In this document: piece after piece, positions 29,630 through 40,026 of the stretch
How positions within the stretch are numbered: position 1 is the stretch's first letter
How the letters are laid out: each line of letters begins with the position of its first letter
NCBI GenBank assembly: GCA_944390525.1
Contig: CALXQH010000027.1
Location: 1 to 58,887 of the forward strand
Direction of reading: 5' to 3'
Length of the DNA: 58,887 nucleotides
Source of the DNA: an uncultured Clostridia bacterium
Lineage (GTDB): Bacteria; Bacillota; Clostridia; TANB77; CAG-508
Notes under the pieces: model-generated
Databases searched by the model: none
The model's input: only the letters and a program-made list of their open reading frames with translations
What the model was told of the DNA's origin: nothing
Position numbers and translations under genes: made by a program

Positions 29630-30124
29630 TTACAGATCTTCCATTCTCATTCTTTCTACAACAGCAGTTATAAATTCACTATTTGTAGGCTTACCTTTTT
29701 TTGAAAAGCTATTAGTTCCAAAGAACTCGTATAACTGTTCAAAATTTGTAGTATTAAATATATTTTCTATGGCGTGCCTAATAGTTCTTTCTACCTGCGT
29801 ACTTGTTACGTTATTCTTTCTGGCGACCTCAGGATAAAGAAATCCTACAAAGGGCATTGTCTGAGAATCAGCTTGATAGAATATACATATTGCATCTTTG
29901 CAATATTTGAATCCTTTTAAATTGGTCTGCATACCAAGATTTAAGAGGATATTGCTTACTCTTATTTCAAGATTCTTTCCTTTAGTTGCTTCAGAAGATA
30001 TTTGGGTTGTTTTTAACTTTTCTTTTTCTAAGGTAGTAATTTCTTCTATAAGGTTGATTAAGTCTCTTATACCATATCCTTTCTCATCTAAAGTTTGCAG
30101 AATTTGAATAGTCCGCTCTGTCAT
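29630..30124 (-). CDS. stand-alone Spo0A C-terminal (DNA-binding) domain protein without a receiver domain
   Basis: 164 aa with ...LKGFKYCKDAI..., LYPEVARKNNVTSTQVERTIRHAIE and KGKPTNSEFI, matching the Spo0A effector domain. The N-terminal roughly 55 aa is not a REC domain. Confidence 0.75.
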   Translation of the reverse strand: MTERTIQILQTLDEKGYGIRDLINLIEEITTLEKEKLKTTQISSEATKGKNLEIRVSNILLNLGMQTNLKGFKYCKDAICIFYQADSQTMPFVGFLYPEVARKNNVTSTQVERTIRHAIENIFNTTNFEQLYEFFGTNSFSKKGKPTNSEFITAVVERMRMEDL

Positions 30125-30169
30125 TTCTATCTCTCCTATTATAAATTCAGCACTTGGCTGTTACTAGAT

Positions 30170-30198
30170 ATTATACAATTTTATGTCACCCTTGTCAA
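30170..30198 (-). promoter_or_regulatory. consensus sigma-A promoter (TTGACA-17-TATAAT) for the Spo0A_C gene
   Basis: The reverse complement reads TTGACAagggtgacataaaattgTATAAT. Confidence 0.65.
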
Positions 30199-30218
30199 AT
30201 TTTAAGTACAATCACTTT

Positions 30219-32819
30219 TTATACTTCTTTTCCATAATAACTATCTAGCAATATTTGTTTTAGTTCTGTTACTAATGGAAGTCTTGGATTTGCAGTAGTG
30301 CATTGATCTTCAAAAGCTCTATCTGCTAACATATCTACTTTTGCTAAAAATTCTTGTTCTTCAATTCCTGCTTCTTTAAATGATTTAGGAATATTTAAGT
30401 CTTCATTTAATTTTTGTATTTCTTTTATTAATGAATTTACTCCTTGTTCATTATCTTTTGCTGCGAAATTCATTCTTCTTGATAATTCTGCATATTTTTG
30501 GTCTGCAATGAAAAATTCATATTTTGGAAAAGATACAAACTTAGTTGGTTTTTGGCTATTATATTTAATAACATATGGCAATAATATTGCATTTATTCTT
30601 CCATGTGGTAAATGAAATTCTGCTCCTATTTTATGTGCCAAAGAATGGTTAATTCCTAAAAATGCATTTGTAAATGCCATACCTGCTATAGTGCTTGCAT
30701 TGTGCATTTTTTCTCTAGCATAGCTATTGCTTCCATTATTATATGCTTCTTTTATATTTTTAAATACTAACTCTACAGCTTTTTCTGCTAATCCATCAGT
30801 ATAGTCTGATGCCATATTTGATACATAAGCTTCAATAGCGTGTGTTAAAACATCCATACCAGTATCTGCTGTAATTGTTTTTGGTAAGCTCATAACTAAA
30901 TCAGGGTCTACAATAGCAACATCTGGTGTTAATTCATAATCTGCTAAAGGATATTTTTTATTATTTTTTTTGTCTGTAATAACTGCAAAAGATGTAACTT
31001 CTGAACCTGTTCCTGAGGTTGTTGGAATTGCTACTAATTGTGCTTTTATTCCTAATTTAGGGAATTTGTAAGTACGCTTACGTATATCCATAAATTTAAG
31101 TTTCATTCCTTCTGCATCAGCTTCTGGGTGTTCATAAAATAGCCACATACCCTTTGCTGCATCTATTGGGCTTCCTCCACCTAAAGCAATAATTACATCA
31201 GGCTTAAATTCTCTCATCATTTCAACACCTTTATATATTGTGTCAAAAGAAGGATCTGATTCTACATCTGAGAATATTTCTGAATGCACATATGTTTTTC
31301 TTTTTCTTAAATGATATAAAATTTTATCTACATACCCTAATTTCACCATTGATGGATCTGTTACTATAAATGCTCTAGTAATGTCTGGCATTTTTTCTAA
31401 GTATGCTATAGAACCTGCTTCAAAATATATTTTTTTTGGTATTTTAAACCATTGCATATTAACTCTCCTTTTTGCTACTCTTTTTATATTAATTAAATTT
31501 ACACTTGATACATTGGCTGTAGTTGAATTGCCTCCAAATGTTCCACATCCTAAAGTTAAAGATGGCATATTTGTATTATATATATCTCCTATAGCTCCAT
31601 GTGTTGATGGAGAGTTTACTATTATTCTTCCTACTTTTACTTTTTCTGAGAATTTTTCTATTGTTTCTTTGTCTTCTGAATGAATAACTGCAGAGTGCCC
31701 TAATCCACCAAATTCTATCAATTTTTCTGCTAAATCAATTCCTTCATCAGCATTTTCAACTATATAATAAGCTAATACAGGGCTTAATTTTTCTTTTGAA
31801 AATGGATATTCAATTCCTACGCCATTTTCTTTTAATACTAATACTTTAGTATCTTTTGGTACATCTATTTTTGCTCCTTTTGCTATATTATATGGACTTT
31901 TTCCTACTATATCTGCATTTAAAGCACATCCTTTTTCTTTTATAAACATACTGTTGCGTAGTTTTTCTGTTTCTTCTGCATTTAAAAAATAGCAGCCTGC
32001 TTCTTTCATAAGTTTTTCAAATTCTGTGTGAATTTCTTTATCTACTATGACGGATTGTTCTGATGCGCAAATCATTCCATTGTCAAATGATTTTGATAAT
32101 ACTAAATCATTTACAGAAGTTTTTAGTTTAGCTGTTTTGTCTATGTAGCAAGGTACATTTCCAGGTCCTACTCCTAATGCAGGTTTTCCACAAGAATAAG
32201 CAGATTTTACCATTCCACTTCCACCAGTTGCTAATATTAAGTTAACATCTGGATGATTCATAAGTGCTGTTGTTGCTTCTATTGATGGTTCTTCAATCCA
32301 TAATATACAATCTTTAGGTGCTCCTGCTTTTACAGCAGCTTCTCTTAATATTTTTGCTGCTGTTGAGCTTGATTTTTGTGCAGATGGATGAAATCCAAAT
32401 ATAATTACATTTCTTGTTTTGGCTGCAATTATAGATTTGAACATAGTTGTAGAAGTTGGGTTTGTAACAGGTGTTACTCCTGCTATAATTCCTATTGGTT
32501 CAGCAATTTCTTCATATCCTTCTTCTTCATTTTCAGAAATTACTCCAACAGTTTTGTCATATTTTATACTATGATATATATATTCTGTTGCAAACATATT
32601 TTTTGTGATTTTGTCTTCGTAAATTCCTCTATTTGTTTCTTCAACAGCTAATTTTGCAAGCTCCATATGATGTTCTAATCCTGCCATAGCCATTTGCTTT
32701 ACTATTTCGTCTATTTGTTCTTGGTCTAATTTCAAATATTCTTCAGAAGCTTTTTTTGCTCTTTCTACTAATTTATTTATCATTTCTTGAACTTTTAATT
32801 CTTCATTTTCTTTAGACAT
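30219..32819 (-). CDS. adhE: bifunctional acetaldehyde-CoA/alcohol dehydrogenase
   Basis: About 866 aa: an ALDH domain plus an Fe-ADH domain (GGGSPIDAAK). Start set at the ATG at 32819 (MSKENEE...), preceded by GGAGGAGGA. Confidence 0.95.
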   Translation of the reverse strand: MSKENEELKVQEMINKLVERAKKASEEYLKLDQEQIDEIVKQMAMAGLEHHMELAKLAVEETNRGIYEDKITKNMFATEYIYHSIKYDKTVGVISENEEEGYEEIAEPIGIIAGVTPVTNPTSTTMFKSIIAAKTRNVIIFGFHPSAQKSSSTAAKILREAAVKAGAPKDCILWIEEPSIEATTALMNHPDVNLILATGGSGMVKSAYSCGKPALGVGPGNVPCYIDKTAKLKTSVNDLVLSKSFDNGMICASEQSVIVDKEIHTEFEKLMKEAGCYFLNAEETEKLRNSMFIKEKGCALNADIVGKSPYNIAKGAKIDVPKDTKVLVLKENGVGIEYPFSKEKLSPVLAYYIVENADEGIDLAEKLIEFGGLGHSAVIHSEDKETIEKFSEKVKVGRIIVNSPSTHGAIGDIYNTNMPSLTLGCGTFGGNSTTANVSSVNLINIKRVAKRRVNMQWFKIPKKIYFEAGSIAYLEKMPDITRAFIVTDPSMVKLGYVDKILYHLRKRKTYVHSEIFSDVESDPSFDTIYKGVEMMREFKPDVIIALGGGSPIDAAKGMWLFYEHPEADAEGMKLKFMDIRKRTYKFPKLGIKAQLVAIPTTSGTGSEVTSFAVITDKKNNKKYPLADYELTPDVAIVDPDLVMSLPKTITADTGMDVLTHAIEAYVSNMASDYTDGLAEKAVELVFKNIKEAYNNGSNSYAREKMHNASTIAGMAFTNAFLGINHSLAHKIGAEFHLPHGRINAILLPYVIKYNSQKPTKFVSFPKYEFFIADQKYAELSRRMNFAAKDNEQGVNSLIKEIQKLNEDLNIPKSFKEAGIEEQEFLAKVDMLADRAFEDQCTTANPRLPLVTELKQILLDSYYGKEV

Positions 32820-32920
32820 TTTTATCCTCCTCCAGTTTTTTATTTTAAAATTTTCTATATAATTATATACCAACTTTTTGAAATTGTAAACTGATTAATA
32901 TTTTATTATTCATTATTTTT

Positions 32921-32960
32921 ATATAAAAACTACCCTAGGTGTTAATATCACCTAGGGTAG
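32921..32960 (-). terminator. strong rho-independent terminator
   Basis: ctaccctaggtg / cacctagggtag 12-bp GC-containing stem plus a U-run on the minus strand. Confidence 0.8.
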
Positions 32961-32967
32961 TATAGGC

Positions 32968-33306
32968 TTACATATCGCAGTTTGTTGTTTCTTCTTCCAT
33001 TGCCATAATTCCAGCTCTTACTATGAGGAGTTCTTTTATGGCTTCATCTATTTCTCTGTATGCTGTATTTGCAGACATTTTGCATTTGTACACTTTTCGC
33101 AGTGTATCTGCAATATGCATAGAATCATCTGCAAGCATACAAAGCTTGGATTTTGTTGAAACATACTCGCAATATGGTTCAAGTTCGTCTCTGCAGGACT
33201 TACCTCTTTCTATATTCCTAAGAATATATTGTACGTCCTTAAGAGCTCCTATTACTTCACTGATTTCTACACTCAACCGTTTCATTTTTCTAGTAATGGG
33301 TAACAT
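32968..33306 (-). CDS. hypothetical Cys-rich 112-aa protein with atypical (higher GC) codon usage
   Basis: AGGAGG RBS, own promoter and terminator. No family recognised. Confidence 0.55.
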   Translation of the reverse strand: MLPITRKMKRLSVEISEVIGALKDVQYILRNIERGKSCRDELEPYCEYVSTKSKLCMLADDSMHIADTLRKVYKCKMSANTAYREIDEAIKELLIVRAGIMAMEEETTNCDM

Positions 33307-33340
33307 TGTTTTTCCTCCTTGATTAGAGCCTATTTTTATT

Positions 33341-33394
33341 TACAAGAATTTCTTGTATAGTAAAAATTATATCATAAATCTCATTTTTTTGCAA
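33341..33394 (-). promoter_or_regulatory. TTGCAA-17-TATAAT promoter with a 17-bp perfect palindrome (TACAAGAAtTTCTTGTA) at the predicted transcription start
   Basis: Palindrome at 33341-33357, -10 at 33366-33371, -35 at 33389-33394. Confidence 0.55.
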
Positions 33395-33472
33395 TTTTTC
33401 CTTTCTTTTTGATTCAAAATGATATATAATATAGCCCTAGATTGATTATATAAATCTTAAGGAGTGAAGTTT

Positions 33473-35899
33473 ATGGGGTATAGTTTTAAAAATATTGAAA
33501 AAAAGTGGCAGGATAAATGGTATTCTGAAGGTACTTTTTATGCAGAAAATAATACTTCTAAGAAAAAATGGTATGGTTTAATTGAATTTCCTTATCCTTC
33601 TGGACAAGGGCTTCATGTTGGACATCCAAGAAGTTATACTGCATTGGATATTATTGCCAGAAAAAAGAGAATGGAAGGATATAATGTACTATATCCTATT
33701 GGCTTTGATGCTTTTGGTTTACCAGCTGAAAATTATGCTATAAAAAATCATGTACATCCTAAAGTTGTAACAGAGCAAAATATAAAACATTTTACAGATC
33801 AATTAAAAGCATTAGGGTTTTCTTTTGATTGGTCTAGAGTAGTAAATACTACTGACCCTAATTATTATAAATGGACTCAATGGATTTTTGTTCAATTGTT
33901 TAAACATGGACTAGCTTACAAAACTACTATGCCTATTAATTTTTGTACAGGTTGTAAAGTAGGTTTAGCTAATGAAGAAGTTGTTAATGGTGTTTGTGAA
34001 AGATGCGGAAGTCCAGTAGTTCAAAAAGAAAAAAGTCAATGGATGCTAAAAATTACTGAATATGCTCAAAGACTTATTGATGATTTAGATGAAGTTGATT
34101 ATTTAGAAAAAATTAAAACACAACAAAAAAATTGGATTGGTAGAAGTGAAGGTGCTGAAGTTAAGTTTAAAATCGTAGGTCACCATAAAGAACTAGTTGT
34201 TTATACAACAAGACCTGATACTTTATTTGGTGCAACATATATGGTAGTAGCTCCAGAACATCCTATTATTAAAGAATTAGAGTCAGAAATTACTAATTTA
34301 GAAGAAGTACAAACATATCAGAAACAAGCTCAGTTAAAGTCTGATTTTGAACGTTCTGAATTAAATAAAGAAAAAACTGGTGTAGAAATTAAAGGTATTA
34401 AAGCTCTAAATCCTTTAACTAATACTGAAATTCCAATTTGGGTTTCAGATTATGTTTTAATTACTTATGGTACAGGTGCTATTATGGCTGTTCCTTCTCA
34501 CGATACTAGAGACTGGGAATTTGCTAAAAAGTTTAATTTGCCTATTATTCAAGTAATTGAGTCTATTGATAAAAATACTATTTGTGATATTGAAAAAGAA
34601 GCTTTTACAGATGTTGCAACAGGTAGATTAATAAATTCTGGATTTTTAAATGGATTATCTGTAGAAGATGCCAAGAAAAAGGTTATTGATTGTTTAGAAG
34701 AAAACGGTATTGGTACAAGAAAGGTAAATTATAAATTACGTGATTGGGTATTTTCAAGACAACGTTATTGGGGAGAACCCATTCCAATGATTTATTGTAA
34801 ACAATGTGGATGGGTTCCTGTTCCAGAAGAAGAACTTCCTTTAGTATTACCAGACATTGAAGATTATGAACCTGGAGAAAATGGTGAGTCTCCTTTGGCC
34901 AAACATAAGGAATGGATTAAAACAAAATGTCCTCATTGTGGAAAAGATGCTCAAAGGGAAACTGATACAATGCCTCAGTGGGCTGGTTCTTCTTGGTATT
35001 TCTTGCGTTATATGGATCCTCATAATACAGAAGCTCTTGCTTCAAAAGAAGCTTTAAATTATTGGAGTCCGATTGACTGGTATAATGGTGGTATGGAACA
35101 TACAACACTTCATTTATTATATTCTAGATTTTGGCACAAATTTTTATATGATATAGGAGTTGTTCCAACTAAAGAGCCTTATGCAAAACGTACTTCTCAT
35201 GGTATGATTTTAGGGGCAAATGGAGAAAAGATGTCTAAATCAAAAGGTAATGTTATAAACCCTGATGATATTATAGAAGAATTTGGTGCAGACACATTTC
35301 GTGTTTATGAAATGTTTATGGGGCCATTTGATCAAACCGCCCCTTGGTCTATGGAAAGTATTCGTGGATGTAATAAATTTTTAGATAGAGTTTGGAATAT
35401 GCAAGAATTTTTAGTAGATGGAAATTCTTATTCTCCTGAATTTGAAAAGATGATGCATAAAGCTATTAAAAAAGTTTCTTCTGACATTGAAGAAATGAAA
35501 TTTAATACTTCAGTTTCTACTTTTATGACTATGACAAATGAATTTTATAAGCAAAAAAGAATAAATAAAGCAGAATATAGCACTTTTCTACAATTATTAA
35601 ATCCTTTTGCTCCACATATGACGGAAGAATTATTTGAAATAATTGGTTCTAAAAACACAATAGCTAATACTCCTTGGCCAACTTATGATGAATCTAAAAC
35701 TATTGATGATGAAATTGTTGTTCCTATCCAGGTAAATGGTAAAGTAAAAGCAACCATTTCTATAACTTTAGATTCTGACGAAGATTTAGTAGCACAAAAG
35801 GTTCATGAAAATCAATCAATTAAAAATGCTGTTGCTGATAGAACTATAATAAAAGAAATTTATGTAAAAAATAAAATTTACAATATTGTAGTAAAATAA
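33473..35899 (+). CDS. leuS: leucine--tRNA ligase
   Basis: HIGH-type motif ([12 protein letters not shown]), KMSKS, CP1 editing domain. Start at the ATG at 33473, after AAGGAG. Confidence 0.95.
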   Translation: MGYSFKNIEKKWQDKWYSEGTFYAENNTSKKKWYGLIEFPYPSGQGLHVGHPRSYTALDIIARKKRMEGYNVLYPIGFDAFGLPAENYAIKNHVHPKVVTEQNIKHFTDQLKALGFSFDWSRVVNTTDPNYYKWTQWIFVQLFKHGLAYKTTMPINFCTGCKVGLANEEVVNGVCERCGSPVVQKEKSQWMLKITEYAQRLIDDLDEVDYLEKIKTQQKNWIGRSEGAEVKFKIVGHHKELVVYTTRPDTLFGATYMVVAPEHPIIKELESEITNLEEVQTYQKQAQLKSDFERSELNKEKTGVEIKGIKALNPLTNTEIPIWVSDYVLITYGTGAIMAVPSHDTRDWEFAKKFNLPIIQVIESIDKNTICDIEKEAFTDVATGRLINSGFLNGLSVEDAKKKVIDCLEENGIGTRKVNYKLRDWVFSRQRYWGEPIPMIYCKQCGWVPVPEEELPLVLPDIEDYEPGENGESPLAKHKEWIKTKCPHCGKDAQRETDTMPQWAGSSWYFLRYMDPHNTEALASKEALNYWSPIDWYNGGMEHTTLHLLYSRFWHKFLYDIGVVPTKEPYAKRTSHGMILGANGEKMSKSKGNVINPDDIIEEFGADTFRVYEMFMGPFDQTAPWSMESIRGCNKFLDRVWNMQEFLVDGNSYSPEFEKMMHKAIKKVSSDIEEMKFNTSVSTFMTMTNEFYKQKRINKAEYSTFLQLLNPFAPHMTEELFEIIGSKNTIANTPWPTYDESKTIDDEIVVPIQVNGKVKATISITLDSDEDLVAQKVHENQSIKNAVADRTIIKEIYVKNKIYNIVVK

Positions 35900-36076
35900 A
35901 TTACACTCTTTAGTTATGATTTTTTATAAAAAGAATAATATTAAAAATTAGAATTTTTAATATTATTCTTTTTTTGTAATATTTTAGTAATTAATTTGTA
36001 ATAATATTGTAATACTATTTTGTAGTTTTATGTTGTATAATTAAATAGTAAATTACTAAGGAGAAATATATTATTG

Positions 36077-37156
36077 ATGAACATTGAAGCAGAATTAAAA
36101 AAAGATGGAATAGAAATTGTTGGTAGATTAGATACTCTTAGTGTTAACTCTATTGCTAAAAGTGTTGCTGAAAAAATTTGTAAAGCTTTTCCTAGAGCTC
36201 ACTTTATTTATGAAGAATTATTTATTGAGTTTTCTAGAATACCAATGTACATAGCAAAAATGCCAGAAGGTTTTGCAGAAGCTAATTATTTTTATAAAAA
36301 TTCGTCTATTTATTTTAAATATGGTCTTTCTTTACAAGATTTAGAAAAATTTGCTATTCATGAAATTATTCATTTTATTCAAGAAGTAAAAGATAGTAAA
36401 GGAATTTTATACCGTTTGGGTTTATGTGAATATGGTGAATTTAAAACTTATGGAATGGCTCTAAATGAAGGTGCTGTGCAATTAGCTACTGCTAAAATTT
36501 TAGATACTAAGCAAGATTTAGTAAAATATTATGATATTTCTTTACCTACTAATAGCCCAAATTGTTATCCTATTCTTTGTAATTTAGTTAATCAAATGGC
36601 ATATTTAATTGGTAAAGATGTTTTATTTGATAGTACTCTTTTTAGTACAGATGAATTTAAGTTAAAATGTATTAATTCATTTGGTAAGAAAAACTTTTTT
36701 AAAATACAGGCAAATTTAGATACATTGTTAAATACAGAAGAAAAAATTATTTTACTTAATAATGAATTAATAAATGAAAATTGTGAAGATATTAAAACTC
36801 AAAAAAATGCACGTAAGGTTTTAGAATATAAAAATAATGTAAAAGATGTATTTATTAAAACTCAAAATTTAATATTTACTTCTTATTTTGATAATGAATT
36901 TAATAAAATAAAAACAACACAAGAAATTGAGTTTTACCGTACAAAATTATATAATTATAAAAATTATTTGGGTATTACTGAAAATTATAATGTTTTTAAT
37001 GATTATTATATTGATAAAATGATGGCTTTAGAAGCATTATTTGAGTCTATTACAAATAATGTTGCTTTAGTGGTTGTTAAAGAAAATAAACTTACTAAAT
37101 TTTTTAAAACTTTGCAAACTTTATTTAATATTAAAAAACAAACTGAAAAAAATTAA
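36077..37156 (+). CDS. hypothetical protein with HExxH zinc-metallopeptidase-like motif
   Basis: FAIHEIIHFIQ followed by ALNEGAVQ (a possible third ligand). The rest is a helical Asn/Lys-rich region. Confidence 0.45.
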   Translation: MNIEAELKKDGIEIVGRLDTLSVNSIAKSVAEKICKAFPRAHFIYEELFIEFSRIPMYIAKMPEGFAEANYFYKNSSIYFKYGLSLQDLEKFAIHEIIHFIQEVKDSKGILYRLGLCEYGEFKTYGMALNEGAVQLATAKILDTKQDLVKYYDISLPTNSPNCYPILCNLVNQMAYLIGKDVLFDSTLFSTDEFKLKCINSFGKKNFFKIQANLDTLLNTEEKIILLNNELINENCEDIKTQKNARKVLEYKNNVKDVFIKTQNLIFTSYFDNEFNKIKTTQEIEFYRTKLYNYKNYLGITENYNVFNDYYIDKMMALEALFESITNNVALVVVKENKLTKFFKTLQTLFNIKKQTEKN

Positions 37157-37181
37157 AAGAGATTAAACTCTTTTAATTTTT

Positions 37182-38441
37182 TTAACTTTCTAAATAGCTA
37201 GCTATTTTATTGGCAACTTCTCTTCCATCTCTTGCAGCCCAAGCAACAGTAGAATTTTTTCCTAATATATCTCCGCCTGCAAATATTTTTTTATGTGATG
37301 TTTGATTATTTTCATTTACTAAAACATATTTATTTTTTGTTGTTTCCAAATGATATTTTTTTAATAGATTTTCATCTACTTTTCCTCCAATAGCCATAAC
37401 AACATAATCCATATCTATTATATAATTGCTACCATCAATATTAACAGGTGATTTTCTATTTTCTCCTTGTTTTTCTACTAATTGTGTTTTTACACATTCT
37501 ATTTTTTCTACTTTATTTTTTCCTAATATTCTTACTATATTGTTTAAATATAAAAATTTTATTTCTTCTTTTTTTGCTTCTAAAATTTCTTTTTCTTCAG
37601 CTGGCATTTCTTGTTCAGATCTTCTATATATTATAATAACTTCTTTAGCTCCTAATTTTTTTATTGTTCTAGCACAATCTATTGCTACGTTTCCTCCCCC
37701 AATGATAGCAACTTTTTTATTGTTATAGTCAGGATGATTTTGATTTTCTAATAAAGAGTTTCCACCATATACTCCTTCTAATTCTTCTCCTTCAATAACC
37801 ATTTTTCTAGGAATGTTTGCTCCTATACTTAAAAATATGGCATCATATTCATTTTCTAATTCCTCTAAGTTTAAATTTTTTCCTAATTCTTTTTCATAAT
37901 GTACTTTTATTCCTAGAGATAAAATTTGTTCTATAGTTTTTTCAACAATAAATTTTTGTAACCTAAACTCTGGTATTCCTCTTTTTAATATTCCTCCTAA
38001 ATCTTTTTGTTTTTCATATATTGTTACTTTAAATCCTTTTTTTCTTAGAAAAGCTGCTGCTGTAAGTCCCGCTGGTCCTCCCCCTACTATAGCTACTTTT
38101 TTATTAGTCTCTTTAGGTATGCCCCAACTGTTTAATAAACTGTTTTCTTGTTTTAAAGCCCAATCACCAACAAAAGCTTCTAAATCTCCTATAGAAACTG
38201 GTTCTGATTTAATGCCTCTTATACATCTTCCTTGGCATTGTTTTTGATGTGGACAAACTCTACCACATATTGATGATAATACTGTAGTTTCTGTTAATAT
38301 TTTATATGCTTCTTCTATATTTTGTTCTTTTACTTTTTGTATAAATGCTGGTATATTATTTCCTAGTGGGCACCCTATTGTGCATTGTGGATTTTTACAA
38401 TTTAAACAATATTCTACTTTTTGTTTTATTTCTTCGCTCAT
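37182..38441 (-). CDS. GltD/NfnB-family FAD/NAD(P)-dependent oxidoreductase with N-terminal Fe-S cysteines
   Basis: N-terminal Cys clusters and two Rossmann motifs (GGGPAGLTAA, IIGGGNVAIDCA). Confidence 0.7.
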   Translation of the reverse strand: MSEEIKQKVEYCLNCKNPQCTIGCPLGNNIPAFIQKVKEQNIEEAYKILTETTVLSSICGRVCPHQKQCQGRCIRGIKSEPVSIGDLEAFVGDWALKQENSLLNSWGIPKETNKKVAIVGGGPAGLTAAAFLRKKGFKVTIYEKQKDLGGILKRGIPEFRLQKFIVEKTIEQILSLGIKVHYEKELGKNLNLEELENEYDAIFLSIGANIPRKMVIEGEELEGVYGGNSLLENQNHPDYNNKKVAIIGGGNVAIDCARTIKKLGAKEVIIIYRRSEQEMPAEEKEILEAKKEEIKFLYLNNIVRILGKNKVEKIECVKTQLVEKQGENRKSPVNIDGSNYIIDMDYVVMAIGGKVDENLLKKYHLETTKNKYVLVNENNQTSHKKIFAGGDILGKNSTVAWAARDGREVANKIASYLES

Positions 38442-38465
38442 ATTTTTTTCTTATTTTACTCCTAA

Positions 38466-39026
38466 TTAATAATTTATTTCATTATATTTTTCTACAACTT
38501 GTTTTAAGTCTTTCCAAAATTCAACTTTTTTGTTTTCATCTCTAAGTAAAGCTGCTGGATGCCAAGTTGGCATATATTTTATTCCTTTTTGTTCAATCCA
38601 ATTTCCTCTACTTAATGTTATGCTATATTCTTTTCCTAATATATTTTTTAGTGCTGTACTCCCTAATAATACAATTATTTTAGGTTTTATAAGTATTACT
38701 TGATTACGTAGATAATTTAAACAAGCTTCTGCTTCATTATCTTCTGGTACTCTGTTTAAAGGAGGTCTACATTTTACAATATTAGTTATATATATTTCTT
38801 GTCTTTTTATTCCTAATCCTTGAAATGCTTTATCCATAAGTTGACCTGCTTTACCTACAAAAGGTAGTCCTTGAATATCTTCATCAGCGCCAGGACCTTC
38901 TCCTATAAACATTAAATTTGCTTTTTTATTGCCTTCACCAAATACAATATTTTTTCTTTCTATACATAATTTACATTTTTTGCAATTTTTAATACTATTT
39001 TCTAATTCTTCCCAATTATTGTACAT
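38466..39026 (-). CDS. family 4 uracil-DNA glycosylase
   Basis: CxxCxLC N-terminus, GEGPGADED and HPAALLR motifs. Confidence 0.8.
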   Translation of the reverse strand: MYNNWEELENSIKNCKKCKLCIERKNIVFGEGNKKANLMFIGEGPGADEDIQGLPFVGKAGQLMDKAFQGLGIKRQEIYITNIVKCRPPLNRVPEDNEAEACLNYLRNQVILIKPKIIVLLGSTALKNILGKEYSITLSRGNWIEQKGIKYMPTWHPAALLRDENKKVEFWKDLKQVVEKYNEINY

Positions 39027-39103
39027 TTTTATTTTTCCTTTTTATTTAATATATATTATTTTTTCATAAAATACAAGCTTTTTGCTTTTTAACATATTAA
39101 CTT

Positions 39104-40015
39104 TTATTCAACACACTTTTCTAATAATTGTATTTTTGTATCTAGAGATGTATCAATCTTAGCCATTGTTCCAATAGGTATAACTGTTTTTTTGTCAATG
39201 TGTCCAAAATTATTGGTTTTAATAATTGGAAATTTGTATTCTCCCTCCAATGTATCTAATAAAATTTGCTCTATACTAGTAGCTCCATCATAATTTCCAA
39301 GCCAAATTCCTTTAATTTTGTCAAACACTCCATTTTGTTTCATATGGTATAAATAGCTACTTACTAAAGCTGGTGGTGTTTCTACAAATAGTTCTTCTAA
39401 AAATAATATTTTATCTGTAAAATCTATATTATATTTTCCTGATACCATTTGATTTACTAAGCTTAAATTTCCGCCTACTAAAATTCCTTTAGCATTTCCC
39501 TGTTTAATGGTTATATGCTCATCTTCTACTTTTCCTAAACTTAATCCACCTTCTACAAATCTTTTCATTACTTCTTCATACCCATATTGAGTTTGCCACG
39601 AAGTTAATGCTTTAAATGTTGGCCCGTGAAAAGTTACTAGTCCAGTTTTAGCATAAATAACATTTAATATTGATGTAGAATCACTAAATCCACATATTAT
39701 TTTTGGATTATATTTTATTTTATCATAATCTAAATAATCAAATGTAATATTTGAATTAAATCCTCCAGAAATACAAAAAATTGCTTTTATTTCTTCATTT
39801 TGGAACATATAGTTTATATCTTCTGCTTTTTGCTTTGCAGTTGCTGAATAGCCTAGTTTATTTGATAATGCGTTTGGTGCAAATTTAATATTAAATCCAT
39901 TTTTTTTCATAAGATTTATTGAATTATTTATTATTTCTAAGTCCTCTTTTTGTATAGGATCTGATGGAGCAATTAAACCTATTGTATCTCCTTTTTTTAA
40001 CTTTTTTGGTATCAT
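39104..40015 (-). CDS. S66 LD-carboxypeptidase (LdcA/MccF-like)
   Basis: GDTIGLIAPS..., GFSDST nucleophile motif. 303 aa. Confidence 0.75.
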   Translation of the reverse strand: MIPKKLKKGDTIGLIAPSDPIQKEDLEIINNSINLMKKNGFNIKFAPNALSNKLGYSATAKQKAEDINYMFQNEEIKAIFCISGGFNSNITFDYLDYDKIKYNPKIICGFSDSTSILNVIYAKTGLVTFHGPTFKALTSWQTQYGYEEVMKRFVEGGLSLGKVEDEHITIKQGNAKGILVGGNLSLVNQMVSGKYNIDFTDKILFLEELFVETPPALVSSYLYHMKQNGVFDKIKGIWLGNYDGATSIEQILLDTLEGEYKFPIIKTNNFGHIDKKTVIPIGTMAKIDTSLDTKIQLLEKCVE

Positions 40016-40026
40016 ACTCTGCCTCC

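Noticed and set aside
27895-29630. A DGR template repeat or reverse transcriptase next to the variable-region-like tract
   Set aside because: The flanking regions are AT-rich non-coding sequence with no second copy of the tract, and no RT-like ORF (no YxDD motif) exists anywhere in the window. The DGR idea therefore rests on the VR-like signature alone.
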